Assembly (NCBI GenBank): GCA_950097015.1
Contig: CATNEN010000024.1
Span: 6,014,001-6,078,000 of the forward strand
DNA: 64,000 bases
DNA from: Macrostomum hystrix
Taxonomy: Eukaryota; Animalia; Platyhelminthes
Direction of reading: 5' to 3'
A program made the position numbers and the translations under genes. A model generated the notes under the pieces. It had not been told where the DNA came from and did not search any database. It was given only the letters and a program-made list of their open reading frames with translations. Below are positions 21,601-36,600 of the stretch, one piece after another (position 1 is the first letter of the stretch; every line of letters begins with the position of its first letter).

Positions 21601-24600
21601 AGTCAGGGCTCTGAAATTTTACAGCCGTGTTTACAGATAATGTTTCCTTCCAGATCTGAGTTTTCAGCTTCTTTTGACCACCAGATTCAGTGAGGTGACG
21701 AAAAGTACTTTTAAAATGGGAGATATCAGAGTGGGGGGGACTCGAGGGTCTACAACTCCGAGACGCGAATAGTCAGGGCTCTGAAATTTTACAGCCGTGT
21801 TTACAGATAATGTTTCCTTCCAGATCTGAGTTTTCAGCTTCTTTTGACCACCAGATTCAGTGAGGTGACGAAAAGTACTTTTAAAATTGGAGATATCAGA
21901 GTGGGGGGGACTCGAGGGTCTACAACTCCGAGACGCGAATAGTCAGGGCTCTGAAATTTTACAGCCGTGTTTACAGATAATGTTTCCTTCCAGATCTAAG
22001 TTTTAGCCTCGTCTGACCACCAGATTCAGTGAGGTGACGAAAAGTACTTTTAAAATGGGAGATATCAGAGTGGGGGGGACTCGAGGGTCTACAACTCCGA
22101 GACGCGACTAGTCAGGGCTCTGAAATTTTACAGCCGTGTTCACAGATAATGTTTCCTTCCAGATCTGAGTTTTCAGCTTCTTTTGACCACCAGATTCAGT
22201 GAGGTGACGAAAAGTACTTTTAAAATGGGAGATATCAGAGTGGGGGGGACTCGAGGGTCTACAACTCCGAGACGCGACTAGTCAGGGCTCTGAAATTTTA
22301 CAGCCGTGTTTACAGATAATGTTTCCTTCCAGATCTGAGTTTTTAGCCTCGTCTGACCACCAGATTCAGTGAGGTGACGAAAAGTACTTTTAAAATGGGA
22401 GATATCAGAGTGGGGGGGACTCGAGGGTCTACAACTCCGAGACGCGACTAGTCAGGGCTCTGAAATTTTACAGCCGTGTTTACAGATAATGTTTCCTTCC
22501 AGATCTGAGTTTTTAGCCTCGTCTGACCACCAGATTCAGTGAGGTGACGAAAAGTACTTTTAAAATGGGAGATATCAGAGTGGGGGGACTCGAGGGTCTA
22601 CAACTCCGAGACGCGAATAGTCAGGGCTCTGAAATTTTACAGCCGTGTTTACAGATAATGTTTCCTTCCAGATCTGAGTTTTCAGCTTCTTTTGACCACC
22701 AGATTCAGTGAGGTGACGAAAAGTACTTTTAAAATGGGAGATATCAGAGTGGGGGGGACTCGAGGGTCTACAACTCCGAGACGCGAATAGTCAGGGCTCT
22801 GAAATTTTACAGCCGTGTTTACAGATAATGTTTCCTTCCAGATCTGAGTTTTCAGCTTCTTTTGACCACCAGATTCAGTGAGGTGACGAAAAGTACTTTT
22901 AAAATGGGAGATATCAGAGTGGGGGGGACTCGAGGGTCTACAACTCCGAGACGCGACTAGTCAGGGCTCTGAAATTTTACAGCCGTGTTCACAGATAATG
23001 TTTCCTTCCAGATCTGAGTTTTCAGCTTCTTTTGACCACCAGATTCAGTGAGGTGACGAAAAGTACTTTTAAAATGGGAGATATCAGAGTGGGGGGGACT
23101 CGAGGGTCTACAACTCCGAGACGCGACTAGTCAGGGCTCTGAAATTTTACAGCCGTGTTTACAGATAATGTTTCCTTCCAGATCTGAGTTTTTAGCCTCG
23201 TCTGACCACCAGATTCAGTGAGGTGACGAAAAGTACTTTTAAAATGGGAGATATCAGAGTGGGGGGACTCGAGGGTCTACAACTCCGAGACGCGACTAGT
23301 CAGGGCTCTGAAATTTTACAGCCGTGTTCACAGATAATGTTTCCTTCCAGATCTGAGTTTTCAGCTTCTTTTGACCACCAGATTCAGTGAGGTGACGAAA
23401 AGTACTTTTAAAATGGGAGATATCAGAGTGGGGGGGACTCGAGGGTCTACAACTCCGAGACGCGAATAGTCAGGGCTCTGAAATTTTACAGCCGTGTTTA
23501 CAGATAATGTTTCCTTCCAGATCTGAGTTTTTAGCCTCGTCTGACCACCAGATTCAGTGAGGTGACGAAAAGTACTTTTAAAATGGGAGATATCAGAGTG
23601 GGGGGACTCGAGGGTCTACAACTCCGAGACGTGACTAGTCAGGGCTCTGAAATTTTACAGCCGTGTTCACAGATAATGTTTCCTTCCAGATCTGAGTTTT
23701 CAGCTTCTTTTGACCACCAGATTCAGTGAGGTGACGAAAAGTACTTTTAAAATGGGAGATATCAGAGTGGGGGGGACTCGAGGGTCTACAACTCCGAGAC
23801 GCGAATAGTCAGGGCTCTGAAATTTTACAGCCGTGTTTACAGATAATGTTTCCTTCCAGATCTGAGTTTTCAGCTTCTTTTGACCACCAGATTCAGTGAG
23901 GTGACGAAAAGTACTTTTAAAATGGGAGATATCAGAGTGGGGGGGACTCGAGGGTCTACAACTCCGAGACGCGAATAGTCAGGGCTCTGAAATTTTACAG
24001 CCGTGTTTACAGATAATGTTTCCTTCCAGATCTGAGTTTTCAGCTTCTTTTGACCACCAGATTCAGTGAGGTGACGAAAAGTACTTTTAAAATGGGAGAT
24101 ATCAGAGTGGGGGGGACTCGAGGGTCTACAACTCCGAGACGCGAATAGTCAGGGCTCTGAAATTTTACAGCCGTGTTTACAGATAATGTTTCCTTCCAGA
24201 TCTGAGTTTTCAGCTTCTTTTGACCACCAGATTCAGTGAGGTGACGAAAAGTACTTTTAAAATGGGAGATATCAGAGTGGGGGGGACTCGAGGGTCTACA
24301 ACTCCGAGACGCGAATAGTCAGGGCTCTGAAATTTTACAGCCGTGTTTACAGATAATGTTTCCTTCCAGATCTAAGTTTTTAGCCTCGTCTGACCACCAG
24401 ATTCAGTGAGGTGACGAAAAGTACTTTTAAAATGGGAGATATCAGAGTGGGGGGGACTCGAGGGTCTACAACTCCGAGACGCGAATAGTCAGGGCTCTGA
24501 AATTTTACAGCCGTGTTTACAGATAATGTTTCCTTCCAGATCTGAGTTTTTAGCCTCGTCTGACCACCAGATTCAGTGAGGTGACGAAAAGTACTTTTAA

Positions 24601-27600
24601 AATGGGAGATATCAGAGTGGGGGGGACTCGAGGGTCTACAACTCCGAGACGCGACTAGTCAGGGCTCTGAAATTTTACAGCCGTGTTCACAGATAATGTT
24701 TCCTTCCAGATCTGAGTTTTCAGCTTCTTTTGACCACCAGATTCAGTGAGGTGACGAAAAGTACTTTTAAAATGGGAGATATCAGAGTGGGGGGGACTCG
24801 AGGGTCTACAACTCCGAGACGCGAATAGTCAGGGCTCTGAAATTTTACAGCCGTGTTCACAGATAATGTTTCCTTCCAGATCTGAGTTTTCAGCTTCTTT
24901 TGACCACCAGATTCAGTGAGGTGACGAAAAGTACTTTTAAAATGGGAGATATCAGAGTGGGGGGGACTCGAGGGTATACAACTCCGAGACGCGAATAGTC
25001 AGGGCTCTGAAATTTTACAGCCGTGTTTACAGATAATGTTTCCTTCCAGATCTGAGTTTTCAGCTTCTTTTGACCACCAGATTCAGTGAGGTGACGAAAA
25101 GTACTTTTAAAATGGGAGATATCAGAGTGGGGGGGACTCGAGGGTCTACAACTCCGAGACGCGAATAGTCAGGGCTCTGAAATTTTACAGCCGTGTTTAC
25201 AGATAATGTTTCCTTCCAGATCTGAGTTTTCAGCTTCTTTTGACCACCAGATTCAGTGAGGTGACGAAAAGTACTTTTAAAATGGGAGATATCAGAGTGG
25301 GGGGGACTCGAGGGTCTACAACTCCGAGACGTGACTAGTCAGGGCTCTGAAATTTTACAGCCGTGTTCACAGATAATGTTTCCTTCCAGATCTGAGTTTT
25401 CAGCTTCTTTTGACCACCAGATTCAGTGAGGTGACGAAAAGTACTTTTAAAATGGGAGATATCAGAGTGGGGGGGACTCGAGGGTCTACAACTCCGAGAC
25501 GCGACTAGTCAGGGCTCTGAAATTTTACAGCCGTGTTCACAGATAATGTTTCCTTCCAGATCTGAGTTTTCAGCTTCTTTTGACCACCAGATTCAGTGAG
25601 GTGACGAAAAGTACTTTTAAAATGGGAGATATAAGAGTGGGGGGGACTCGAGGGTCTACAACTCCGAGACGCGACTAGTCAGGGCTCTGAAATTTTACAG
25701 CCGTGTTTACAGATAATGTTTCCTTCCAGATCTGAGTTTTCAGCTTCTTTTGACCACCAGATTCAGTGAGGTGACGAAAAGTACTTTTAAAATGGGAGAT
25801 ATCAGAGTGGGGGGGACTCGAGGGTCTACAACTCCGAGACGCGAATAGTCAGGGCTCTGAAATTTTACAGCCGTGTTTACAGATAATGTTTCCTTCCAGA
25901 TCTGAGTTTTCAGCTTCTTTTGACCACCAGATTCAGTGAGGTGACGAAAAGTACTTTTAAAATGGGAGATATCAGAGTGGGGGGGACTCGAGGGTCTACA
26001 ACTCCGAGACGCGAATAGTCAGGGCTCTGAAATTTTACAGCCGTGTTTACAGATAATGTTTCCTTCCAGATCTGAGTTTTCAGCTTCTTTTGACCACCAG
26101 ATTCAGTGAGGTGACGAAAAGTACTTTTAAAATTGGAGATATCAGAGTGGGGGGGACTCGAGGGTCTACAACTCCGAGACGCGAATAGTCAGGGCTCTGA
26201 AATTTTACAGCCGTGTTTACAGATAATGTTTCCTTCCAGATCTAAGTTTTTAGCCTCGTCTGACCACCAGATTCAGTGAGGTGACGAAAAGTACTTTTAA
26301 AATGGGAGATATCAGAGTGGGGGGGACTCGAGGGTCTACAACTCCGAGACGCGACTAGTCAGGGCTCTGAAATTTTACAGCCGTGTTCACAGATAATGTT
26401 TCCTTCCAGATCTGAGTTTTCAGCTTCTTTTGACCACCAGATTCAGTGAGGTGACGAAAAGTACTTTTAAAATGGGAGATATCAGAGTGGGGGGGACTCG
26501 AGGGTCTACAACTCCGAGACGCGACTAGTCAGGGCTCTGAAATTTTACAGCCGTGTTTACAGATAATGTTTCCTTCCAGATCTGAGTTTTTAGCCTCGTC
26601 TGACCACCAGATTCAGTGAGGTGACGAAAAGTACTTTTAAAATGGGAGATATCAGAGTGGGGGGACTCGAGGGTCTACAACTCCGAGACGCGAATAGTCA
26701 GGGCTCTGAAATTTTACAGCCGTGTTTACAGATAATGTTTCCTTCCAGATCTGAGTTTTCAGCTTCTTTTGACCACCAGATTCAGTGAGGTGACGAAAAG
26801 TACTTTTAAAATGGGAGATATCAGAGTGGGGGGGACTCGAGGGTCTACAACTCCGAGACGCGAATAGTCAGGGCTCTGAAATTTTACAGCCGTGTTTACA
26901 GATAATGTTTCCTTCCAGATCTGAGTTTTCAGCTTCTTTTGACCACCAGATTCAGTGAGGTGACGAAAAGTACTTTTAAAATGGGAGATATCAGAGTGGG
27001 GGGGACTCGAGGGTCTACAACTCCGAGACGCGACTAGTCAGGGCTCTGAAATTTTACAGCCGTGTTCACAGATAATGTTTCCTTCCAGATCTGAGTTTTC
27101 AGCTTCTTTTGACCACCAGATTCAGTGAGGTGACGAAAAGTACTTTTAAAATGGGAGATATCAGAGTGGGGGGGACTCGAGGGTCTACAACTCCGAGACG
27201 CGACTAGTCAGGGCTCTGAAATTTTACAGCCGTGTTTACAGATAATGTTTCCTTCCAGATCTGAGTTTTTAGCCTCGTCTGACCACCAGATTCAGTGAGG
27301 TGACGAAAAGTACTTTTAAAATGGGAGATATCAGAGTGGGGGGACTCGAGGGTCTACAACTCCGAGACGCGACTAGTCAGGGCTCTGAAATTTTACAGCC
27401 GTGTTCACAGATAATGTTTCCTTCCAGATCTGAGTTTTCAGCTTCTTTTGACCACCAGATTCAGTGAGGTGACGAAAAGTACTTTTAAAATGGGAGATAT
27501 CAGAGTGGGGGGGACTCGAGGGTCTACAACTCCGAGACGCGAATAGTCAGGGCTCTGAAATTTTACAGCCGTGTTTACAGATAATGTTTCCTTCCAGATC

Positions 27601-30600
27601 TGAGTTTTCAGCTTCTTTTGACCACCAGATTCAGTGAGGTGACGAAAAGTACTTTTAAAATGGGAGATATCAGAGTGGGGGGGACTCGAGGGTCTACAAC
27701 TCCGAGACGCGAATAGTCAGGGCTCTGAAATTTTACAGCCGTGTTTACAGATAATGTTTCCTTCCAGATCTAAGTTTTTAGCCTCGTCTGACCACCAGAT
27801 TCAGTGAGGTGACGAAAAGTACTTTTAAAATGGGAGATATCAGAGTGGGGGGGACTCGAGGGTCTACAACTCCGAGACGCGACTAGTCAGGGCTCTGAAA
27901 TTTTACAGCCGTGTTCACAGATAATGTTTCCTTCCAGATCTGAGTTTTCAGCTTCTTTTGACCACCAGATTCAGTGAGGTGACGAAAAGTACTTTTAAAA
28001 TGGGAGATATCAGAGTGGGGGGGACTCGAGGGTCTACAACTCCGAGACGCGAATAGTCAGGGCTCTGAAATTTTACAGCCGTGTTTACAGATAATGTTTC
28101 CTTCCAGATCTGAGTTTTTAGCCTCGTCTGACCACCAGATTCAGTGAGGTGACGAAAAGTACTTTTAAAATGGGAGATATCAGAGTGGGGGGGACTCGAG
28201 GGTCTACAACTCCGAGACGTGACTAGTCAGGGCTCTGAAATTTTACAGCCGTGTTCACAGATAATGTTTCCTTCCAGATCTGAGTTTTCAGCTTCTTTTG
28301 ACCACCAGATTCAGTGAGGTGACGAAAAGTACTTTTAAAATGGGAGATATCAGAGTGGGGGGGACTCGAGGGTCTACAACTCCGAGACGCGACTAGTCAG
28401 GGCTCTGAAATTTTACAGCCGTGTTCACAGATAATGTTTCCTTCCAGATCTGAGTTTTCAGCTTCTTTTGACCACCAGATTCAGTGAGGTGACGAAAAGT
28501 ACTTTTAAAATGGGAGATATCAGAGTGGGGGGGACTCGAGGGTCTACAACTCCGAGACGCGAATAGTCAGGGCTCTGAAATTTTACAGCCGTGTTTACAG
28601 ATAATGTTTCCTTCCAGATCTGAGTTTTCAGCTTCTTTTGACCACCAGATTCAGTGAGGTGACGAAAAGTACTTTTAAAATGGGAGATATCAGAGTGGGG
28701 GGGACTCGAGGGTCTACAACTCCGAGACGCGAATAGTCAGGGCTCTGAAATTTTACAGCCGTGTTTACAGATAATGTTTCCTTCCAGATCTGAGTTTTCA
28801 GCTTCTTTTGACCACCAGATTCAGTGAGGTGACGAAAAGTACTTTTAAAATGGGAGATATCAGAGTGGGGGGGACTCGAGGGTCTACAACTCCGAGACGC
28901 GAATAGTCAGGGCTCTGAAATTTTACAGCCGTGTTTACAGATAATGTTTCCTTCCAGATCTGAGTTTTTAGCCTCGTCTGACCACCAGATTCAGTGAGGT
29001 GACGAAAAGTACTTTTAAAATGGGAGATATCAGAGTGGGGGGGACTCGAGGGTCTACAACTCCGAGACGCGAATAGTCAGGGCTCTGAAATTTTACAGCC
29101 GTGTTTACAGATAATGTTTCCTTCCAGATCTGAGTTTTCAGCCTCGTCTGACCACCAGATTCAGTGAGGTGACGAAAAGTACTTTTAAAATGGGAGATAT
29201 CAGAGTGGGGGGGACTCGAGGGTCTACAACTCCGAGACGCGACTAGTCAGGGCTCTGAAATTTTACAGCCGTGTTCACAGATAATGTTTCCTTCCAGATC
29301 TGAGTTTTCAGCTTCTTTTGACCACCAGATTCAGTGAGGTGACGAAAAGTACTTTTAAAATGGGAGATATCAGAGTGGGGGGGACTCGAGGGTCTACAAC
29401 TCCGAGACGCGAATAGTCAGGGCTCTGAAATTTTACAGCCGTGTTCACAGATAATGTTTCCTTCCAGATCTGAGTTTTCAGCTTCTTTTGACCACCAGAT
29501 TCAGTGAGGTGACGAAAAGTACTTTTAAAATGGGAGATATCAGAGTGGGGGGGACTCGAGGGTATACAACTCCGAGACGCGAATAGTCAGGGCTCTGAAA
29601 TTTTACAGCCGTGTTTACAGATAATGTTTCCTTCCAGATCTGAGTTTTCAGCTTCTTTTGACCACCAGATTCAGTGAGGTGACGAAAAGTACTTTTAAAA
29701 TGGGAGATATCAGAGTGGGGGGGACTCGAGGGTCTACAACTCCGAGACGCGAATAGTCAGGGCTCTGAAATTTTACAGCCGTGTTTACAGATAATGTTTC
29801 CTTCCAGATCTGAGTTTTCAGCTTCTTTTGACCACCAGATTCAGTGAGGTGACGAAAAGTACTTTTAAAATGGGAGATATCAGAGTGGGGGGGACTCGAG
29901 GGTCTACAACTCCGAGACGCGAATAGTCAGGGCTCTGAAATTTTACAGCCGTGTTTACAGATAATGTTTCCTTCCAGATCTGAGTTTTCAGCTTCTTTTG
30001 ACCACCAGATTCAGTGAGGTGACGAAAAGTACTTTTAAAATGGGAGATATCAGAGTGGGGGGGACTCGAGGGTCTACAACTCCGAGACGCGAATAGTCAG
30101 GGCTCTGAAATTTTACAGCCGTGTTTACAGATAATGTTTCCTTCCAGATCTGAGTTTTCAGCTTCTTTTGACCACCAGATTCAGTGAGGTGACGAAAAGT
30201 ACTTTTAAAATGGGAGATATCAGAGTGGGGGGGACTCGAGGGTCTACAACTCCGAGACGCGACTAGTCAGGGCTCTGAAATTTTACAGCCGTGTTTACAG
30301 ATAATGTTTCCTTCCAGATCTGAGTTTTTAGCCTCGTCTGACCACCAGATTCAGTGAGGTGACGAAAAGTACTTTTAAAATGGGAGATATCAGAGTGGGG
30401 GGACTCGAGGGTCTACAACTCCGAGACGCGAATAGTCAGGGCTCTGAAATTTTACAGCCGTGTTTACAGATAATGTTTCCTTCCAGATCTGAGTTTTCAG
30501 CTTCTTTTGACCACCAGATTCAGTGAGGTGACGAAAAGTACTTTTAAAATGGGAGATATCAGAGTGGGGGGGACTCGAGGGTCTACAACTCCGAGACGCG

Positions 30601-33600
30601 AATAGTCAGGGCTCTGAAATTTTACAGCCGTGTTTACAGATAATGTTTCCTTCCAGATCTGAGTTTTCAGCTTCTTTTGACCACCAGATTCAGTGAGGTG
30701 ACGAAAAGTACTTTTAAAATGGGAGATATCAGAGTGGGGGGGACTCGAGGGTCTACAACTCCGAGACGCGACTAGTCAGGGCTCTGAAATTTTACAGCCG
30801 TGTTCACAGATAATGTTTCCTTCCAGATCTGAGTTTTCAGCTTCTTTTGACCACCAGATTCAGTGAGGTGACGAAAAGTACTTTTAAAATGGGAGATATC
30901 AGAGTGGGGGGGACTCGAGGGTCTACAACTCCGAGACGCGACTAGTCAGGGCTCTGAAATTTTACAGCCGTGTTTACAGATAATGTTTCCTTCCAGATCT
31001 GAGTTTTTAGCCTCGTCTGACCACCAGATTCAGTGAGGTGACGAAAAGTACTTTTAAAATGGGAGATATCAGAGTGGGGGGGACTCGAGGGTCTACAACT
31101 CCGAGACGCGACTAGTCAGGGCTCTGAAATTTTACAGCCGTGTTCACAGATAATGTTTCCTTCCAGATCTGAGTTTTCAGCTTCTTTTGACCACCAGATT
31201 CAGTGAGGTGACGAAAAGTACTTTTAAAATGGGAGATATCAGAGTGGGGGGGACTCGAGGGTCTACAACTCCGAGACGCGAATAGTCAGGGCTCTGAAAT
31301 TTTACAGCCGTGTTTACAGATAATGTTTCCTTCCAGATCTGAGTTTTCAGCTTCTTTTGACCACCAGATTCAGTGAGGTGACGAAAAGTACTTTTAAAAT
31401 GGGAGATATCAGAGTGGGGGGGACTCGAGGGTCTACAACTCCGAGACGCGAATAGTCAGGGCTCTGAAATTTTACAGCCGTGTTTACAGATAATGTTTCC
31501 TTCCAGATCTAAGTTTTTAGCCTCGTCTGACCACCAGATTCAGTGAGGTGACGAAAAGTACTTTTAAAATGGGAGATATCAGAGTGGGGGGGACTCGAGG
31601 GTCTACAACTCCGAGACGCGACTAGTCAGGGCTCTGAAATTTTACAGCCGTGTTCACAGATAATGTTTCCTTCCAGATCTGAGTTTTCAGCTTCTTTTGA
31701 CCACCAGATTCAGTGAGGTGACGAAAAGTACTTTTAAAATTGGAGATATCAGAGTGGGGGGGACTCGAGGGTCTACAACTCCGAGACGCGAATAGTCAGG
31801 GCTCTGAAATTTTACAGCCGTGTTTACAGATAATGTTTCCTTCCAGATCTAAGTTTTTAGCCTCGTCTGACCACCAGATTCAGTGAGGTGACGAAAAGTA
31901 CTTTTAAAATGGGAGATATCAGAGTGGGGGGGACTCGAGGGTCTACAACTCCGAGACGCGACTAGTCAGGGCTCTGAAATTTTACAGCCGTGTTCACAGA
32001 TAATGTTTCCTTCCAGATCTGAGTTTTCAGCTTCTTTTGACCACCAGATTCAGTGAGGTGACGAAAAGTACTTTTAAAATGGGAGATATCAGAGTGGGGG
32101 GGACTCGAGGGTCTACAACTCCGAGACGCGACTAGTCAGGGCTCTGAAATTTTACAGCCGTGTTTACAGATAATGTTTCCTTCCAGATCTGAGTTTTTAG
32201 CCTCGTCTGACCACCAGATTCAGTGAGGTGACGAAAAGTACTTTTAAAATGGGAGATATCAGAGTGGGGGGGACTCGAGGGTCTACAACTCCGAGACGCG
32301 ACTAGTCAGGGCTCTGAAATTTTACAGCCGTGTTTACAGATAATGTTTCCTTCCAGATCTGAGTTTTTAGCCTCGTCTGACCACCAGATTCAGTGAGGTG
32401 ACGAAAAGTACTTTTAAAATGGGAGATATCAGAGTGGGGGGGACTCGAGGGTCTACAACTCCGAGACGCGAATAGTCAGGGCTCTGAAATTTTACAGCCG
32501 TGTTTACAGATAATGTTTCCTTCCAGATCTGAGTTTTCAGCTTCTTTTGACCACCAGATTCAGTGAGGTGACGAAAAGTACTTTTAAAATGGGAGATATC
32601 AGAGTGGGGGGGACTCGAGGGTCTACAACTCCGAGACGCGAATAGTCAGGGCTCTGAAATTTTACAGCCGTGTTTACAGATAATGTTTCCTTCCAGATCT
32701 GAGTTTTCAGCTTCTTTTGACCACCAGATTCAGTGAGGTGACGAAAAGTACTTTTAAAATGGGAGATATCAGAGTGGGGGGGACTCGAGGGTCTACAACT
32801 CCGAGACGCGACTAGTCAGGGCTCTGAAATTTTACAGCCGTGTTCACAGATAATGTTTCCTTCCAGATCTGAGTTTTCAGCTTCTTTTGACCACCAGATT
32901 CAGTGAGGTGACGAAAAGTACTTTTAAAATGGGAGATATCAGAGTGGGGGGGACTCGAGGGTCTACAACTCCGAGACGCGACTAGTCAGGGCTCTGAAAT
33001 TTTACAGCCGTGTTTACAGATAATGTTTCCTTCCAGATCTGAGTTTTTAGCCTCGTCTGACCACCAGATTCAGTGAGGTGACGAAAAGTACTTTTAAAAT
33101 GGGAGATATCAGAGTGGGGGGACTCGAGGGTCTACAACTCCGAGACGCGACTAGTCAGGGCTCTGAAATTTTACAGCCGTGTTCACAGATAATGTTTCCT
33201 TCCAGATCTGAGTTTTCAGCTTCTTTTGACCACCAGATTCAGTGAGGTGACGAAAAGTACTTTTAAAATGGGAGATATCAGAGTGGGGGGGACTCGAGGG
33301 TCTACAACTCCGAGACGCGAATAGTCAGGGCTCTGAAATTTTACAGCCGTGTTTACAGATAATGTTTCCTTCCAGATCTGAGTTTTTAGCCTCGTCTGAC
33401 CACCAGATTCAGTGAGGTGACGAAAAGTACTTTTAAAATGGGAGATATCAGAGTGGGGGGACTCGAGGGTCTACAACTCCGAGACGTGACTAGTCAGGGC
33501 TCTGAAATTTTACAGCCGTGTTCACAGATAATGTTTCCTTCCAGATCTGAGTTTTCAGCTTCTTTTGACCACCAGATTCAGTGAGGTGACGAAAAGTACT

Positions 33601-36600
33601 TTTAAAATGGGAGATATCAGAGTGGGGGGGACTCGAGGGTCTACAACTCCGAGACGCGAATAGTCAGGGCTCTGAAATTTTACAGCCGTGTTTACAGATA
33701 ATGTTTCCTTCCAGATCTGAGTTTTCAGCTTCTTTTGACCACCAGATTCAGTGAGGTGACGAAAAGTACTTTTAAAATGGGAGATATCAGAGTGGGGGGG
33801 ACTCGAGGGTCTACAACTCCGAGACGCGAATAGTCAGGGCTCTGAAATTTTACAGCCGTGTTTACAGATAATGTTTCCTTCCAGATCTGAGTTTTCAGCT
33901 TCTTTTGACCACCAGATTCAGTGAGGTGACGAAAAGTACTTTTAAAATGGGAGATATCAGAGTGGGGGGGACTCGAGGGTCTACAACTCCGAGACGCGAA
34001 TAGTCAGGGCTCTGAAATTTTACAGCCGTGTTTACAGATAATGTTTCCTTCCAGATCTGAGTTTTCAGCTTCTTTTGACCACCAGATTCAGTGAGGTGAC
34101 GAAAAGTACTTTTAAAATGGGAGATATCAGAGTGGGGGGGACTCGAGGGTCTACAACTCCGAGACGCGAATAGTCAGGGCTCTGAAATTTTACAGCCGTG
34201 TTTACAGATAATGTTTCCTTCCAGATCTAAGTTTTTAGCCTCGTCTGACCACCAGATTCAGTGAGGTGACGAAAAGTACTTTTAAAATGGGAGATATCAG
34301 AGTGGGGGGGACTCGAGGGTCTACAACTCCGAGACGCGAATAGTCAGGGCTCTGAAATTTTACAGCCGTGTTTACAGATAATGTTTCCTTCCAGATCTGA
34401 GTTTTTAGCCTCGTCTGACCACCAGATTCAGTGAGGTGACGAAAAGTACTTTTAAAATGGGAGATATCAGAGTGGGGGGGACTCGAGGGTCTACAACTCC
34501 GAGACGCGACTAGTCAGGGCTCTGAAATTTTACAGCCGTGTTCACAGATAATGTTTCCTTCCAGATCTGAGTTTTCAGCTTCTTTTGACCACCAGATTCA
34601 GTGAGGTGACGAAAAGTACTTTTAAAATGGGAGATATCAGAGTGGGGGGGACTCGAGGGTCTACAACTCCGAGACGCGAATAGTCAGGGCTCTGAAATTT
34701 TACAGCCGTGTTCACAGATAATGTTTCCTTCCAGATCTGAGTTTTCAGCTTCTTTTGACCACCAGATTCAGTGAGGTGACGAAAAGTACTTTTAAAATGG
34801 GAGATATCAGAGTGGGGGGGACTCGAGGGTATACAACTCCGAGACGCGAATAGTCAGGGCTCTGAAATTTTACAGCCGTGTTTACAGATAATGTTTCCTT
34901 CCAGATCTGAGTTTTCAGCTTCTTTTGACCACCAGATTCAGTGAGGTGACGAAAAGTACTTTTAAAATGGGAGATATCAGAGTGGGGGGGACTCGAGGGT
35001 CTACAACTCCGAGACGCGAATAGTCAGGGCTCTGAAATTTTACAGCCGTGTTTACAGATAATGTTTCCTTCCAGATCTGAGTTTTCAGCTTCTTTTGACC
35101 ACCAGATTCAGTGAGGTGACGAAAAGTACTTTTAAAATGGGAGATATCAGAGTGGGGGGGACTCGAGGGTCTACAACTCCGAGACGTGACTAGTCAGGGC
35201 TCTGAAATTTTACAGCCGTGTTCACAGATAATGTTTCCTTCCAGATCTGAGTTTTCAGCTTCTTTTGACCACCAGATTCAGTGAGGTGACGAAAAGTACT
35301 TTTAAAATGGGAGATATCAGAGTGGGGGGGACTCGAGGGTCTACAACTCCGAGACGCGACTAGTCAGGGCTCTGAAATTTTACAGCCGTGTTCACAGATA
35401 ATGTTTCCTTCCAGATCTGAGTTTTCAGCTTCTTTTGACCACCAGATTCAGTGAGGTGACGAAAAGTACTTTTAAAATGGGAGATATAAGAGTGGGGGGG
35501 ACTCGAGGGTCTACAACTCCGAGACGCGACTAGTCAGGGCTCTGAAATTTTACAGCCGTGTTTACAGATAATGTTTCCTTCCAGATCTGAGTTTTCAGCT
35601 TCTTTTGACCACCAGATTCAGTGAGGTGACGAAAAGTACTTTTAAAATGGGAGATATCAGAGTGGGGGGGACTCGAGGGTCTACAACTCCGAGACGCGAA
35701 TAGTCAGGGCTCTGAAATTTTACAGCCGTGTTTACAGATAATGTTTCCTTCCAGATCTGAGTTTTCAGCTTCTTTTGACCACCAGATTCAGTGAGGTGAC
35801 GAAAAGTACTTTTAAAATGGGAGATATCAGAGTGGGGGGGACTCGAGGGTCTACAACTCCGAGACGCGAATAGTCAGGGCTCTGAAATTTTACAGCCGTG
35901 TTTACAGATAATGTTTCCTTCCAGATCTGAGTTTTCAGCTTCTTTTGACCACCAGATTCAGTGAGGTGACGAAAAGTACTTTTAAAATTGGAGATATCAG
36001 AGTGGGGGGGACTCGAGGGTCTACAACTCCGAGACGCGAATAGTCAGGGCTCTGAAATTTTACAGCCGTGTTTACAGATAATGTTTCCTTCCAGATCTAA
36101 GTTTTTAGCCTCGTCTGACCACCAGATTCAGTGAGGTGACGAAAAGTACTTTTAAAATGGGAGATATCAGAGTGGGGGGGACTCGAGGGTCTACAACTCC
36201 GAGACGCGACTAGTCAGGGCTCTGAAATTTTACAGCCGTGTTCACAGATAATGTTTCCTTCCAGATCTGAGTTTTCAGCTTCTTTTGACCACCAGATTCA
36301 GTGAGGTGACGAAAAGTACTTTTAAAATGGGAGATATCAGAGTGGGGGGGACTCGAGGGTCTACAACTCCGAGACGCGACTAGTCAGGGCTCTGAAATTT
36401 TACAGCCGTGTTTACAGATAATGTTTCCTTCCAGATCTGAGTTTTTAGCCTCGTCTGACCACCAGATTCAGTGAGGTGACGAAAAGTACTTTTAAAATGG
36501 GAGATATCAGAGTGGGGGGACTCGAGGGTCTACAACTCCGAGACGCGAATAGTCAGGGCTCTGAAATTTTACAGCCGTGTTTACAGATAATGTTTCCTTC

